From Microcoleus sp. (GTDB taxonomy: Bacteria; Cyanobacteriota; Cyanobacteriia; Cyanobacteriales; Microcoleaceae), in assembly GCA_042408215.1 (NCBI GenBank), contig JAYFMW010000006.1, positions 512,001 to 576,000 of the forward strand: DNA of 64,000 nt, given 5' to 3'. Below are positions 53,039-64,000 of the stretch, piece by piece. A program made the position numbers and the translations under genes. How positions within the stretch are numbered: the stretch's first letter is position 1; the number at the start of each line of letters is the position of its first letter. Under the pieces are notes generated by a model. That model was not told the origin of the DNA, ran no database searches, and saw only the letters and a program-made list of their open reading frames with translations.

Positions 53039-54826
53039 TTAAAATGTTACCCGATCGCGCCATCTCTCTAAAAGCTTGTCCCCAATGCCCTGAACCCGCG
53101 CCACGTCGTCCAAAGAGGTGAAAGGTTGCTGTTTCCTCGCTGCCATAATTCTCTCGGCTAACTTCGGCCCTACTCCTGGCAAAGTCTCTAATTCTGCCTG
53201 ACTCGCTGTATTCAAATTAACTAACTTTTTCCCAGCCACAATTTGAGGTTTTGCTGCCTGGTTTTCCCCCGCAACTGTTGCAGGTTTTGATGCTGCTTGT
53301 AATGATTCGCACTCTTTTTTCTGAGCATCAATTCTCTGTTTTATTCTGGGAGGAATGCCCAAAATTGCACCTTTGTAAAGCCGATCGAACACCCGCTCAA
53401 AATGGGCCGCAACTGTAGGGCTTTCGTTAGCGGATTCCTCGTAGAGGATCGCCAGCAGCGTCTCATCATTCCCGTGATTGGCAGCTTCGCTCCAGTTGTG
53501 AGAGCCTGTAATCACCGTCTTTCCGTCCACAACTGCGAATTTGTGGTGCAGGCGATCGCCCTTTGGTAACATCGGCACTCCCACCGTAGCGATCGGCCTT
53601 TTCCAAGGACGATTATCAGCTTCCAACTGGCAATTATCACTCAAAGTCACCCCCATCATATCCAATCCTTCACTGTAAGAGCGATAAATAAAATTAGAGT
53701 CAATTAAAGCTCGCACCGCAACTCCTCGGCTAGACTCAATTTCTAGAGTATTTGCTAACCGCTGATCCGAAAATACAAACAATGCTAAATCAACGGACTT
53801 TTTCGCATTACCCAAAGTTTTGTTAATCAAACCATTAACGCTTTTTTCCCAAGGTAAACTCTTGGAAGTCGGCGAAAATTGCACCGCCACAGTTGCATTA
53901 CCTACTCTGACTTTTTGCACTGGACGAAATGGCTTTTTAATGCCAAACTTGCTGTCTAGTTTGCCTCCGGGCCCGTCGCCCCACATGATGTTAAATTCTT
54001 GAGTAAATAGTTGTGCTAATTGACCATTCTCAATTTTTAGCAACTTGTTAGCATTGCCGCGACTTGCTGCGGTTTTGAAATCGCCGTGGACATCGCTTGT
54101 TGTAAAATTAGCTGAAGTTACAATTACTGTTTTATTATCAATTACTACAAATTTGTGGTGCATCAAACCGCTGCCTTTACTGCCGTCAGCAGTATCATCT
54201 ATTACCGGAATGCCTGCATTTTTGACAATTACCAAAGCATCGCCTTCTTTGATTTCCTCTGCACTCAATTTGCCGTCTTTATTTGTATCGGCAAGTTGGA
54301 CAAATTCGTGGTAGCGATCGCGCTCCCTGTCTGTTAATTTCGCCAACTCTTGCGCCGAAAAATCGCTCCAAGGGCGACTATACATATGTTCTACGATCAA
54401 TCTCACTTTGATCCCCGATCGCTGGCGATCGGCCAAAACTCGCGCAATACCGGGCAAGCGCAACTCCTGCACCGCTACATCTACCGTCGATTTAGCATCG
54501 GCGATCGCCTCCGCGATCAACTGTTCTAAATCATCTCCAGGTCTAGTTTGCAGGCGATAAGGCTCTGTATAACTCGAAGTGAGCGACTGGTTAAAGTATA
54601 CTTGCAACAAAGGGTCTTGAGGCAGCGGAGTCAAGCTCGGAGGCAAATTTTGGACATCTCCATTCTGTTTGCCACAAGCGACAAGGCACACTGCCAGCAG
54701 CGCAGCATAGCACAAACGCAGTAAAGTAAGATAAAGCACAGCCACAGAAATTGAAAGATTTTTGAGGTTGTTAGTCTCCCCACAGTTCAAACCTATTGGA
54801 TAATTTGATACTGTCCATGCCGTCAT
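53039..54826 (-). CDS. ComA-like competence protein: PLD nuclease plus helix-hairpin-helix; start uncertain
   Basis: Two HKD motifs (MHHKFVVID, LHHKFAVVD), HhH NLNTAS...LPGVGP and lipobox LVAC. Confidence 0.88.
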   Translation of the reverse strand: MTAWTVSNYPIGLNCGETNNLKNLSISVAVLYLTLLRLCYAALLAVCLVACGKQNGDVQNLPPSLTPLPQDPLLQVYFNQSLTSSYTEPYRLQTRPGDDLEQLIAEAIADAKSTVDVAVQELRLPGIARVLADRQRSGIKVRLIVEHMYSRPWSDFSAQELAKLTDRERDRYHEFVQLADTNKDGKLSAEEIKEGDALVIVKNAGIPVIDDTADGSKGSGLMHHKFVVIDNKTVIVTSANFTTSDVHGDFKTAASRGNANKLLKIENGQLAQLFTQEFNIMWGDGPGGKLDSKFGIKKPFRPVQKVRVGNATVAVQFSPTSKSLPWEKSVNGLINKTLGNAKKSVDLALFVFSDQRLANTLEIESSRGVAVRALIDSNFIYRSYSEGLDMMGVTLSDNCQLEADNRPWKRPIATVGVPMLPKGDRLHHKFAVVDGKTVITGSHNWSEAANHGNDETLLAILYEESANESPTVAAHFERVFDRLYKGAILGIPPRIKQRIDAQKKECESLQAASKPATVAGENQAAKPQIVAGKKLVNLNTASQAELETLPGVGPKLAERIMAARKQQPFTSLDDVARVQGIGDKLLERWRDRVTF

Positions 54827-54976
54827 GGGAGGGGGCTTCTTGATTCAAAGTGAGAACCTATTAAAATTATATAAGGGGATAGATTTTGCGTCTTGTAAGA
54901 CTGCCTCGATGCCGGGAGCATCACTGGTAGGGTAGCAGCATTCAGGGGCGTGGGTCAGACCCGATACCGCTGCTTT

Positions 54977-55378
54977 ATGGCTAAAAGAAAAAGAATTTTT
55001 CCGTGCGGTCACAAAGGATATGGTAAAGCGTGCCATCGCTGCACGCAAGAGTTTGTGGCGAATCAGCATTACGTTCAAGTCTTGACGGAAAAACAAACCA
55101 AAAAACAGGAGAGGGAAGCATCATTTGCCAGAGATATCATCGATCTCAGAGGTCTGCCAGATCATGTAGTTACTAAAGCCCGCACTATTATAGCAGCTTT
55201 GGGCGAAAATAAGAATTACAGAGAATTTGGCGGAAAACGCCTACGTCACAATCGTTTGATCGTAAGTATTCCTGTAACGCGCAACTACAGAATGCTGTGC
55301 GAAGATTGCGGCACTTTCTTAAATCCTCAAAAAGTTTTGTCGCACGAAGACTACAACGTCTGCAAACCTGGAAGTTAG
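54977..55378 (+). CDS. hypothetical protein with N-terminal Zn-binding motif and RelE/ParE-like C-terminus
   Basis: CGH...CHRC, then GKRL...SIPVTRNYRML...LSHEDYN. Confidence 0.65.
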   Translation: MAKRKRIFPCGHKGYGKACHRCTQEFVANQHYVQVLTEKQTKKQEREASFARDIIDLRGLPDHVVTKARTIIAALGENKNYREFGGKRLRHNRLIVSIPVTRNYRMLCEDCGTFLNPQKVLSHEDYNVCKPGS

Positions 55379-55726
55379 TCATTAGTCATCTAGTCATCAG
55401 TCATTAGTCATCAGTCATTAGTCATCAGTCATTAGTCATCAGTCATTAGTCATCAGTCATCAGTCATTAGTCATCAGTCATTAGTCATCAGTCATCAGTC
55501 ATTAGTCATCAGTCATTAGTCATTAGTCATCAGTCATCAGTCATCAGTCATCAGTCATCAGTCATCAGTCATTAGTCATCAGTCATCAGTCATCAGTCAT
55601 TAGTCATTAGTCATCAGTCATCAGTCATTAGTCATCAGTCATTAGTCATCAGTCATCAGTCATCAGTCATTAGTCATTAGTCATCAGTCATCAGTCATCA
55701 GTCATCAGTCATCAGTCAACAGTCAT
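55375..55726. repeat. STRR heptamer tract AGTCAT(C/T), about 50 copies
   Basis: Directly visible. Confidence 0.97.
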
Positions 55727-55748
55727 TGATTATTAGTTATTTAAAGCC

Positions 55749-56921
55749 ATGCAAATTTATCTCGACTATAGCGCCACGACTCCTGCACGCCCAGAAGCAA
55801 TTGATGCTATGCAAAAAGCTCTCACTCAACATTGGGGAAATCCTTCGAGTTTGCACGAGTGGGGACAAAGAGCTGCCACAGCTTTAGAATTAGCAAGAAT
55901 GCAGGTTGCTGGCCTGATTAATGCCCTACCGGAATCAATGATTTTTACTTCCGGCGGTACTGAAGCTGACAACTTGGCAATCATGGGAATTGCTCGTCTT
56001 TATGTTACACCACAGCATATAATTATCTCTAGCGTAGAGCATTCCGCAGTATCAGAAACCGCGCGACAACTTGAACAGTGGGGATGGGAAGTGACGCGCC
56101 TACCGGTGGATAAATTTGGGCGAGTTCACCCTTGGGATTTGCAGCAGTCACTGCGATCGAATACAGTGTTAATTTCGATCATTTACGGACAAAGCGAAGT
56201 TGGCACGCTGCAACCAATTGAAGCATTGGGAAAGATGGCGCGCGATCGCCATATCCTGTTTCATACCGATGCTGTTCAAGTTGCCGGTAGACTACCGATA
56301 GACGTGCAGAAACTGCCCGTAGACTTGCTTTCTCTTTCCAGCCACAAGCTGTACGGGCCCCAAGGTGCGGGGGCGCTTTACGTGCGTCCTGGCGTAGAAT
56401 TAGTGCCAATCTTAGCCGGTGGTGGTCAAGAGTTGAAACTGCGTTCTGGGACGCAAGCAGTACCCGCAATTGTCGGTTTTGGGGAGGCGGCGGAATTGGC
56501 ATCGCAGGAAATAAATGTGGAAATGCCGAGGTTGATTGAATTGCGCGATCGACTTTTCGATCGATTAGCCCACGTACCCAGTTTAGTCCCAACGGGCGAT
56601 CGATATCGCAGACTCCCACACCATGTCAGTTTTTGTATTGTTTCTCCCGAGGGCGACACAGGGAGAGTGACTGGCAAAACTTTAGTCAGACAGCTCAATT
56701 TAGCGGGAATTGGGATTAGTTCCGGTGCGGCTTGCAGCAGTGGCAAACTGACTCCGAGTCCGATATTATTGGCAATGGGATATAGCGAAACTGCGGCTGT
56801 TGGTGGCATTCGCTTGACTCTGGGACGGGAAACAACCGAAGCTGATATTGATTGGACTGCAAGTGCGATCGAGCAAATTTTGGAAAGGTTAATGCCGAAG
56901 GTAGCATTATCTAGACGTTAG
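55749..56921 (+). CDS. cysteine desulfurase (IscS/NifS-like, group I)
   Basis: YLDYSATT, FTSGGTE, SSHKLYGP, SSGAACSS. Confidence 0.95.
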   Translation: MQIYLDYSATTPARPEAIDAMQKALTQHWGNPSSLHEWGQRAATALELARMQVAGLINALPESMIFTSGGTEADNLAIMGIARLYVTPQHIIISSVEHSAVSETARQLEQWGWEVTRLPVDKFGRVHPWDLQQSLRSNTVLISIIYGQSEVGTLQPIEALGKMARDRHILFHTDAVQVAGRLPIDVQKLPVDLLSLSSHKLYGPQGAGALYVRPGVELVPILAGGGQELKLRSGTQAVPAIVGFGEAAELASQEINVEMPRLIELRDRLFDRLAHVPSLVPTGDRYRRLPHHVSFCIVSPEGDTGRVTGKTLVRQLNLAGIGISSGAACSSGKLTPSPILLAMGYSETAAVGGIRLTLGRETTEADIDWTASAIEQILERLMPKVALSRR

Positions 56922-56944
56922 GAGGAAATCTGCGGTTTAAAACC

Positions 56945-57422
56945 AAAGAAACCGGGTTTTTGACCGAATCTGCGGGCTGTAATGAAGTATCTCGCAAAAA
57001 CCCGGTTTCTGGCCACCCGTACACCCAAAAAACCGGGTTTTTTCCCATCTATAAGCCTGTCACCAAATATTCTCGCAAAAACCCGGTTTCTGGCTACCCG
57101 TACACCCAAAAAACCGGGTTTTTTCCCATCTATAAGCCTGTCACCAAATATTCTCGCAAAAACCCGGTTTCTGGCTACCCGTACACCCAAAAAACCGGGT
57201 TTTTTCCCATCTATAAGCCTGTCACCAAATATTCTCGCAAAAACCCGGTTTCTGGCTACCCGTGCACCAAAGAAACCGGGTTTTTTCCAGAATCTGCGGG
57301 CTGTCACCAAATATTCTCGCAAAAACCCGGTTTCTGGCTACCCGTGCACCAAAGAAACCGGGTTTTTTCCAGAATCTGCGGGCTGTCACCAAATATTCTC
57401 GCAAAAACCCGGTTTCTGGCTA
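56945..57422. repeat. 81-bp tandem array (about 6 copies) with the AAACCGGGTTT core
   Basis: CCGGG at 57033, 57114, 57195... Confidence 0.93.
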
Positions 57423-57468
57423 CCCCCAATTATGCTAAAATAAATCTCGGTGTTATTCACAACTTCCC

Positions 57469-58143
57469 ATGATAGATGAAAACCGCGCTCAAGCTTATCT
57501 ACAATTGATTTACACCCTGCTGAATTTCCCCAACGGTGAGGACTCCCAGATTTTAATGGATAACTTAGAATTGCTGGATCTGCGGTTTCTGCAAGCTTGC
57601 GAGATAATAGCGGCAACTTTGGAAGAGGACGGAGAGCAGAATCAGGCTAATTATTTACGAAATATTGCCAGTCATCTAGGGCAATTTGTAGGGAGGAATG
57701 ATGAGGGAAATCGCGATAATTCTGAGGGTGAAAATCCCCAATAGTATGCAAAGTTTATCCTTAAATTATTGCAAGCAGAAGCAAAAAGCAAGAGCGATAT
57801 TGCCGTAATTTATCCCATGCTGGCTCAACGGCAACATCTCCTCAATGCCCGTTTTGCCGATATTTTACAGCAAGTGGCAGAGAATTTAATTGCTGACGAA
57901 TATCCAGAAGCAATTGAGTCAATTGTCGCCATTCTTGGAAATTTGAGTATTCATATTAGTGACTTTCCGCGTGGGAAGAGAGCGAATAATATTGAAATTG
58001 CCATTACTGGTTATCAAATAGTTTTAAGTAATCGACAACCGGGGAGCGAAAAGTTTGATCGAACTCAATATAACCTAGCTAATGCTTACTCTGACAGAAT
58101 CAAGGACTCGCGGGCGGATCATCTGGAAAGGGCGATCGGCTGA
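57469..58143 (+). pseudogene. truncated N-terminal remnant of a TPR (CHAT-associated type) protein
   Basis: One frame broken by TAG at 57742. RANNIEIAI...TQYNLANAYSDRI...ERAI stops after about one TPR. Confidence 0.7.
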
Positions 58144-58417
58144 TAATCTCATTGAATCTAATCTGATATCATGTCTGGTAGCTTCGTGTATGGGCGGGGC
58201 GGGTTTAGGAGATTATTGGTATTAGGCAATTATTGTTTGTCCAACCCGCCCCTACAGAACTTGTTAGTAGAAACTATCATTAGTAGCAGCGACTATAGCC
58301 CAATCTCAACAATAAAAAGCCGAACAAAATTAATCAAAATACAGTTTTGTTTTTCAATCTTTCGTCCGCGGCTCGACTCAGCGCTCGTCGAACATCCTAG
58401 GCTGACTAAGATCTGAT

Positions 58418-59410
58418 TCAGAAGTGTTGAAATCCTCGATCGAGCTTTAATACAATATCAGGATAAATACCGCTGCTATCAGTTAACCAGATATCCGTGC
58501 TCTCCGTAGCGATTCCGACAATCGCTGCTCCCTTCCCTATTTTTTCTACTAATAACTCAGCATTCGCCATCGGCAAAAACAGCACTAACTCGAAGTCTTC
58601 CCCGCCGTATAATGCCCAATCTAAAGCTTTTTCAGTTGATACTATTTCGCTCAGAATATTAGGAATTGGTATTTTCTGGCGATCGACTTTTGCGCCAACA
58701 CCGCTAGAATCACAAATTTGAATAATCGCATCCGCTAAACCGTCGCTACTGTCCATTCCAGCGATTAAAACACCTTCGGAATCTAATATTTCCCAAACAA
58801 CCGGCAAAACATCCAGCCTCGGTTTAGGGCGCTGGTGAGCGAGACTTAAACAAGTTCGATCGCCCTTTTCCAGATTTTGCCCAAATTCGGGATTTAACAG
58901 CAATTCTAATCCAGCGCGAGAAGCCCCGTGAACACCCGTAGCCACAATCGCCCAGCCCGATCGCCCATTTGACCGACTAATGGTACGATCGCACTCAACC
59001 TCCCCAAAAGCCGTAATCGCCACAGTCACAACGGGCGATCGCACAACATCCCCCCCGACGATCGGCGTATGATACTCTTGCAAACAAGCCGTCATCCCCC
59101 GATAAAACTCTTCCACCCAAAGCACAGCCGTATCCGCCCTCACAGCCAGGGCTACTGTCACCCCCAGAGGCCTTGCTCCCATCGCAGCCAGATCCGACAA
59201 ATTCGCCGCTGCGGCGCGCCATCCTGCATCATAAGGGCTTGTAGTGCGATCGCTAAAATGCACTCCATCCACCAACATATCCGTTGTCACAGCCAGAGAT
59301 TGGTTGGGATTTGTAGCCATGACAGCGCAATCGTCTCCCACTATCTCTGCGGGGCAGAATTTTTGCAAGATTGTTAAAAGACCTTGTTCTCCGATATCTT
59401 TAATTAGCAT
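58418..59410 (-). CDS. thiL: thiamine-monophosphate kinase
   Basis: GDDCA, TDMLVDGVHF, NLSDLAAMG, DSSDGL, GGEDFEL. Confidence 0.96.
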   Translation of the reverse strand: MLIKDIGEQGLLTILQKFCPAEIVGDDCAVMATNPNQSLAVTTDMLVDGVHFSDRTTSPYDAGWRAAAANLSDLAAMGARPLGVTVALAVRADTAVLWVEEFYRGMTACLQEYHTPIVGGDVVRSPVVTVAITAFGEVECDRTISRSNGRSGWAIVATGVHGASRAGLELLLNPEFGQNLEKGDRTCLSLAHQRPKPRLDVLPVVWEILDSEGVLIAGMDSSDGLADAIIQICDSSGVGAKVDRQKIPIPNILSEIVSTEKALDWALYGGEDFELVLFLPMANAELLVEKIGKGAAIVGIATESTDIWLTDSSGIYPDIVLKLDRGFQHF

Positions 59411-59643
59411 AATTTAGAATTAATTGCAAGAGATAGTTTTTGATTAATTTGATAATATTCTATTTGATTTTATGTACTATCGTTGACGATTTTTTCGGAA
59501 TGATTTAACCACAGAGGGCGCAGAGAGCGCAGAGTCAGAGAAAAGAGAGAGATGAATAATTTCGATACCAAATAAATAGAATACAAGATACCCGACTTCT
59601 TTAAGAAATCGGGTATCTAACATAATTTCTTAGTCCCCCTCTG

Positions 59644-61305
59644 CTAGGATTTTGTTTGACAAGAAGCGATTTCAATCGCCGAATCATCTTCTAATTTCCG
59701 TTTCCGCTTGAACACCAGCCCAGCAAAAAAAGCAGCAGCAGTTACGATTCCCGCAATTTCCGAAGGCTCAGGAACAGCTTCAGCCCGCATCTTAAAAGAA
59801 AATTTATCCCGATTCGATTCTAATTTAATCGGGAATGCTAGAGGGTTTTTCGGGTCAATTACTGCGTCGATACCAGTGACGCTAAACTCCGACACACCGT
59901 AACCGAGTAAAGCCACAAAATCTACTACTTCATTCGGCTTGAATTTGCCGATTTCTTTGCCGCCAACTAAGACAGAAAAAAGTTCGTCCGCATCAATACC
60001 GCTCGGTAAACCGAGGATTTTGGTAAATAGCGATGGTTCGTTTGGCTGGGGATTAACGGCGATCGGGCTTTTGTCAACAATACACCCATCACCAGTCCCG
60101 CCGCTGTACCGCCACCACTCAGAAGCCGCAGCATCGCCTATTTTGAAGGTAAAACCAGCAGCCGCGGGCGGATCGAACCAGTGACTACTTGCTACATTAT
60201 TAAAACTATGCCAACCATCCTCAAAATTATCGGGTAACAAGGGATTTCGCTGAGAACTACCGCACATCGGATTCAGCATAAAACCATGCTGTTTTCCCGT
60301 CGCACTGTTAATGCCTACGCCCACCATTTGTCCGCGATCGTTAATGCCGGTTACTTGCTGTAAAAACCAGCCAGAGTCCGCAGCAATCAGGCTATTGACA
60401 TCAGCCATCTGGCCATCTTCCCAGATGAAACCATGATTAAGCCCACCATTCCCAGTCGTGGTATCAAAACCTACTACTTGCCCTTTATTGTTAATCGCAA
60501 CCGCAGCGCTTTGATTGCCGCCGAGTGTGCCGAGGTTTGTGATTTCACCGTTTGACCACAAGGTAGCATGACTTTGCTTAATCAGAGTATTTGCAGAATA
60601 GCCCACCGCCTGCCCAGAATCATTGATATCATAAGCTGTGCTGCCGTTATAACCCTGGAAGAGTTCCCAAGTCAATCATCTTGCCATTTTCCCACTGGAA
60701 AGCATGAGTTATGCCGACAGCCAAGCCAGAATAGCCAACTACTTGCCCTTGGTTGTTGATACCCTGAGCTGCTGCTGCATCGATAACCAAGAGTACCGAG
60801 ATTGATCATCTCGCCGTCTTTGCCACAGAAAGGGAAACCATTTCTCTTGGGAAATCACAAACCTACCAACTATTTGCCCAGATTCATTGATGTCACTAGC
60901 CAGACTGCTGATACCACCAAAATAACCGAGGTCAGTCCTTTTACCGTTTTCCCACAGGTAGGCATTATCCGTCCAATTTTCACTCAGATAACGACCCACA
61001 ACTTGACCAGAGCTATTGATTTGGTAAGCCCAAGTGCTATCTTTGACTTCAGTCTTCTGACCGTTTTCCCATATCCAACCAACACCACCCTCACCAAGCA
61101 TCACTTGTCCGAGATTGTTCATACCATAGGTATGAGTTTGGCCGAGGTCGGTAATTGCATAGGAAGCGAAACCTGTATGGAGACTGGCGGCGTTGACAGG
61201 TTCAATAACGATAAATCCCAATACCGCGCTCGCAGTCAGCGACATACAGCTTTGAACAAACCCTTTCAGGGGATGTTGTTCAAGCGTTTTTTTTATTTTT
61301 TTCAT
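59644..61305 (-). pseudogene. PEP-CTERM surface protein with HAF-type repeats, three +1 frameshifts
   Basis: INxxGQVVG / DLGTLGG repeats and VPEPS-TM-KRKRK tail. Frameshifts at about 60820, 60772 and 60651. Confidence 0.8.
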
Positions 61306-61584
61306 GTGCACCTCAGATTTTGTCATCGGGTGTGGCCTCTTTGCAGAGTAGAGAAGAAGTTCTCTATATCTCTATCTCAGGGGCGATCGAGATTTTATGC
61401 ACAGATACAGGATTTGTTACAAAAATTTACATTCTGAGTCAGTAGTTATTGGTTATTGGTTATTGGTTATTGGTTATTTGTGGTACCTTGAGCGGAGTCG
61501 AAGGGTTATTTGTTGTTTGTTGTTTTAATAACCAATTATCCATGCCCCATGCCCCATGCCCTATGCCCCATGCCCCATGCCCCA

Positions 61585-61917
61585 TTACCATTCCTTACTC
61601 GAACTCGGCGGCAAGCGCAACCTCGGAAATCTGTAAAAAGTATCTCCTTCATCATCTACCTCTAAAACCGCCGAAAAAATCTTAACTTGTCTGTCTAAAT
61701 ACTGCTGAGCAACTTGAGCCTCCACCCTAGCGCTAGCCGCCAGTTGAATCAGCGAAATTTGACTATTTTGATTTTCCAATAACTGATAAAAAGCCTCATC
61801 TAACTGTCGTTTTTGCTTGCCTTCATTCACATTATTAACAATCAACAAACCGACAAATCCACCCAAACCAATTACCAATAAAAATTCTAAAATTGCCATA
61901 TTCTTGATATAATTCAT
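61585..61917 (-). CDS. hypothetical membrane-anchored protein
   Basis: N-terminal TM helix and a wHTH-like C-terminus (EVDDEGDTFYRF). Confidence 0.7.
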   Translation of the reverse strand: MNYIKNMAILEFLLVIGLGGFVGLLIVNNVNEGKQKRQLDEAFYQLLENQNSQISLIQLAASARVEAQVAQQYLDRQVKIFSAVLEVDDEGDTFYRFPRLRLPPSSSKEW

Positions 61918-62159
61918 GAGTTAAATAACGCAGCTATAAAAATCCTCTATTCTTCTAAGTAAGTCAACCTAATTCAACGTAAAACCCTTTTCTGTTGGCT
62001 CCCCGACTTCTTAAAGAAGTCGGGGAGCTGGGTATTATGTTTTTTTATGTGGGCTTACTTAGCCCGCGTCGGCGGGCTTTGTTTGACAAGAAGCGATTTC
62101 AATCGCCGTCACTTTTGACAAGAAGCGATTTCAATCGCCCAGAATTGGGGAATTCTTTA

Positions 62160-63287
62160 CTAAGCCGCTTGAGGTCGAACCAAATTTTCCATCCCTTTAA
62201 TTACCTTAGCAGATACAATCTTGTCTCCCTGCTTCAGTTGATCCAAAACCTCTTTTCCCTCAATCATGTAACCAAAAACAGCATAGCGACCGTCCAACAG
62301 ATTCAGACCAGCGGGCGTCAGTTCAGGCTCAAACAAGAAAAAGAAAAACTGAGAAGAACCGCTATCAGGTTCAGCTTCAGCACGGGCCATCGCCACAGTA
62401 CCAAAAGCAGAAAAAGGCAAAACTGGCTCGTCGCGATAACGCCCCGCATCTTCTAGAGTAATCCCGTAGACAGGTTCCTTGTCGTCCCTGACGAGCACTT
62501 CCAGCGGAATATTCCGGTATTTGCCCGTAGCAGGGTCAATAAAACCTACTTCTTTGCCTTCGGGGTCTCCTGTTTGTAGTACGTAGGATTCCTCCGATCG
62601 AATAAACGGCAAACCGTCATAAAATCCTCGATCGACCAAATCCACAAAATTACCAGCCGTAACCGGCGCGCTGTAGCCATCCACCACAACCGTAATTTGC
62701 CCCTTCTCTGTTTCCACAGCCACAGTAGCGCGACCTTTCAGTTGAGGCAGATTAGCATACTTGGCAGGCACTTCAAAGGGAAATTTTGTCACCATCAACT
62801 CTTGGAGTTCGCCCACCGAACCGAGTATTTCGGCTTTCAAATCAATCACTTTTTCCCTGTCTTTAGTCTCAACAGCCTGGGAAAGTTGGGAAACTCCTTC
62901 TTTGACTCGTGCCACTAGAGTTTCAGCTTCGGGCTTTTTCCCGTCGGGAATACTCTCTAAAATGTCAGACTTCCGAAGATTCAGAACCCTCGAAGCCTTG
63001 CTGACATCGCTACTAATCGGCCCCCAGCGTTTAGAGCGTATATGGTTACCAATGTCTTCGAGATTGATTTGCAACTCTCGTATAGCCTTATTGTCAATAG
63101 GTAGAGCGTAGCGCAGCAGCGCCCGACCGTCCGTAATCGCATTACCCGCAGGCATACTGCTGCTGGGGCGTTTGGCATGGGATACCGAACTGAAACTCAG
63201 GGAAACAGTGAATAGCAGGAGTGCTAAGACGGCGGTTTTGACCCAGCGCTTGCACCTATCGATCGAGAAATTAGACCAATGCAGCAT
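62160..63287 (-). CDS. cyclophilin-type peptidyl-prolyl isomerase (TLP40/CYP38-like)
   Basis: ALLRYALPIDN helical domain, then DGYSAPVTAGNFVDLV and SSQFF...LDGRYAVFGY. Confidence 0.92.
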   Translation of the reverse strand: MLHWSNFSIDRCKRWVKTAVLALLLFTVSLSFSSVSHAKRPSSSMPAGNAITDGRALLRYALPIDNKAIRELQINLEDIGNHIRSKRWGPISSDVSKASRVLNLRKSDILESIPDGKKPEAETLVARVKEGVSQLSQAVETKDREKVIDLKAEILGSVGELQELMVTKFPFEVPAKYANLPQLKGRATVAVETEKGQITVVVDGYSAPVTAGNFVDLVDRGFYDGLPFIRSEESYVLQTGDPEGKEVGFIDPATGKYRNIPLEVLVRDDKEPVYGITLEDAGRYRDEPVLPFSAFGTVAMARAEAEPDSGSSQFFFFLFEPELTPAGLNLLDGRYAVFGYMIEGKEVLDQLKQGDKIVSAKVIKGMENLVRPQAA

Positions 63288-63555
63288 AAGTTTAAGTTTT
63301 ATTACCTTTATTATCTTCCCACAGTGCTGTCCGCCCTCTAAGCTGAAGTCTCTGTTCCTTCGCCCGTCGGCCTAGGGCATGGGCATGGGGCTATGTTTCT
63401 TCCTTCTTCCTTCTCAGATCAGTAAAGCACTTGCTCCCTTTCAACGGTAAAATAAAATGCAAATTGTTTTTTGATGCCGTCAGCTAGACTGCGGTTTGAA
63501 GCTGACATTAGTTCCCCCGTGCCACTTGGCGACGGGATTGCCTGCAAAAATTTTT

Positions 63556-64000
63556 ATGATTTCCAGTAACGACTTTCGATCAGGTGTTTCCATTGAATGG
63601 AATGGCGGCGTGTGGCGGGTGATTGAATTCCTCCACGTCAAGCCAGGAAAAGGCTCGGCTTTTGTGCGGACAAAACTTAAAAATGTCCAAACCGGAAACG
63701 TAGTAGAGAACACCTTCCGGGCTGGCGAGACTATGCCTCAAGCCAATCTGGAAAAGAGCGCTATGCAGCATACCTATAAAGATGGCGACCAGTTCGTGTT
63801 TATGGATATGGAAACTTACGAGGAAAGTACCCTCACTGCTAAGCAAATAGGCGATCGCGTCAAATACCTCACCGAAGGCATGGAAGTCAATATCCTCCGC
63901 TGGAACAACCAAATTCTCGAAGTGGAACTGCCCAACTCGGTTGTCTTGGAAGTGACACAAACCGATCCCGGAGTTAAAGGAGATACTGCCACCGGCGGCA
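63556..64000 (+). CDS. efp: translation elongation factor P (runs off the window)
   Basis: MISSNDFR...[17 protein letters not shown]...[13 protein letters not shown]. Confidence 0.97.
   Translation, partial: MISSNDFRSGVSIEWNGGVWRVIEFLHVKPGKGSAFVRTKLKNVQTGNVVENTFRAGETMPQANLEKSAMQHTYKDGDQFVFMDMETYEESTLTAKQIGDRVKYLTEGMEVNILRWNNQILEVELPNSVVLEVTQTDPGVKGDTATGG

Larger units (their letters stand above)
1..64000. repeat. HIP1 octamer (GCGATCGC) dispersed through the window
   Basis: Dozens of GCGATCGC sites in coding and non-coding DNA, a cyanobacterial hallmark. They are scarce in the R-M and ATPase genes. Confidence 0.95.

Overview
This is a chromosomal window from a filamentous cyanobacterium, inferred to be Oscillatoriales (Microcoleus/Tychonema-like) from abundant HIP1 GCGATCGC sites, STRR heptamers and AAACCCGGTTT-core repeat arrays. 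Core genes include tRNA-Ala(GGC), gcvT/H/P, a ChlR-type regulator facing acsF-ho-hemN-hcp, an HtrA protease, ddl, miaB, secG, gpmI, a ComA-like competence nuclease, a cysteine desulfurase, thiL, a cyclophilin and efp. Accessory content includes a Cfr10I/Bse634I-like type II R-M pair, an FHA-oxidoreductase module broken by an IS607-type tnpB element, a second intact tnpB element, two Uma2 paralogues and many short repeats. Two items stand out. (1) An uncharacterised three-gene operon at 37.0-41.1 kb (double winged-helix protein, P-loop ATPase, DUF1802-like/PD-(D/E)XK nuclease) is a candidate defence system. (2) Two ORF-less IS200/IS605 mini-elements share the same left end but carry different guide-RNA scaffolds: an IscB-type HEARO/omegaRNA at 15.0-15.35 kb and a TnpB-type omegaRNA at 42.8-43.2 kb that supplies part of the secG stop codon. 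Caveat: many accessory genes carry single +1 insertions that may be consensus errors. All family assignments come from motif recognition; no database searches were run.
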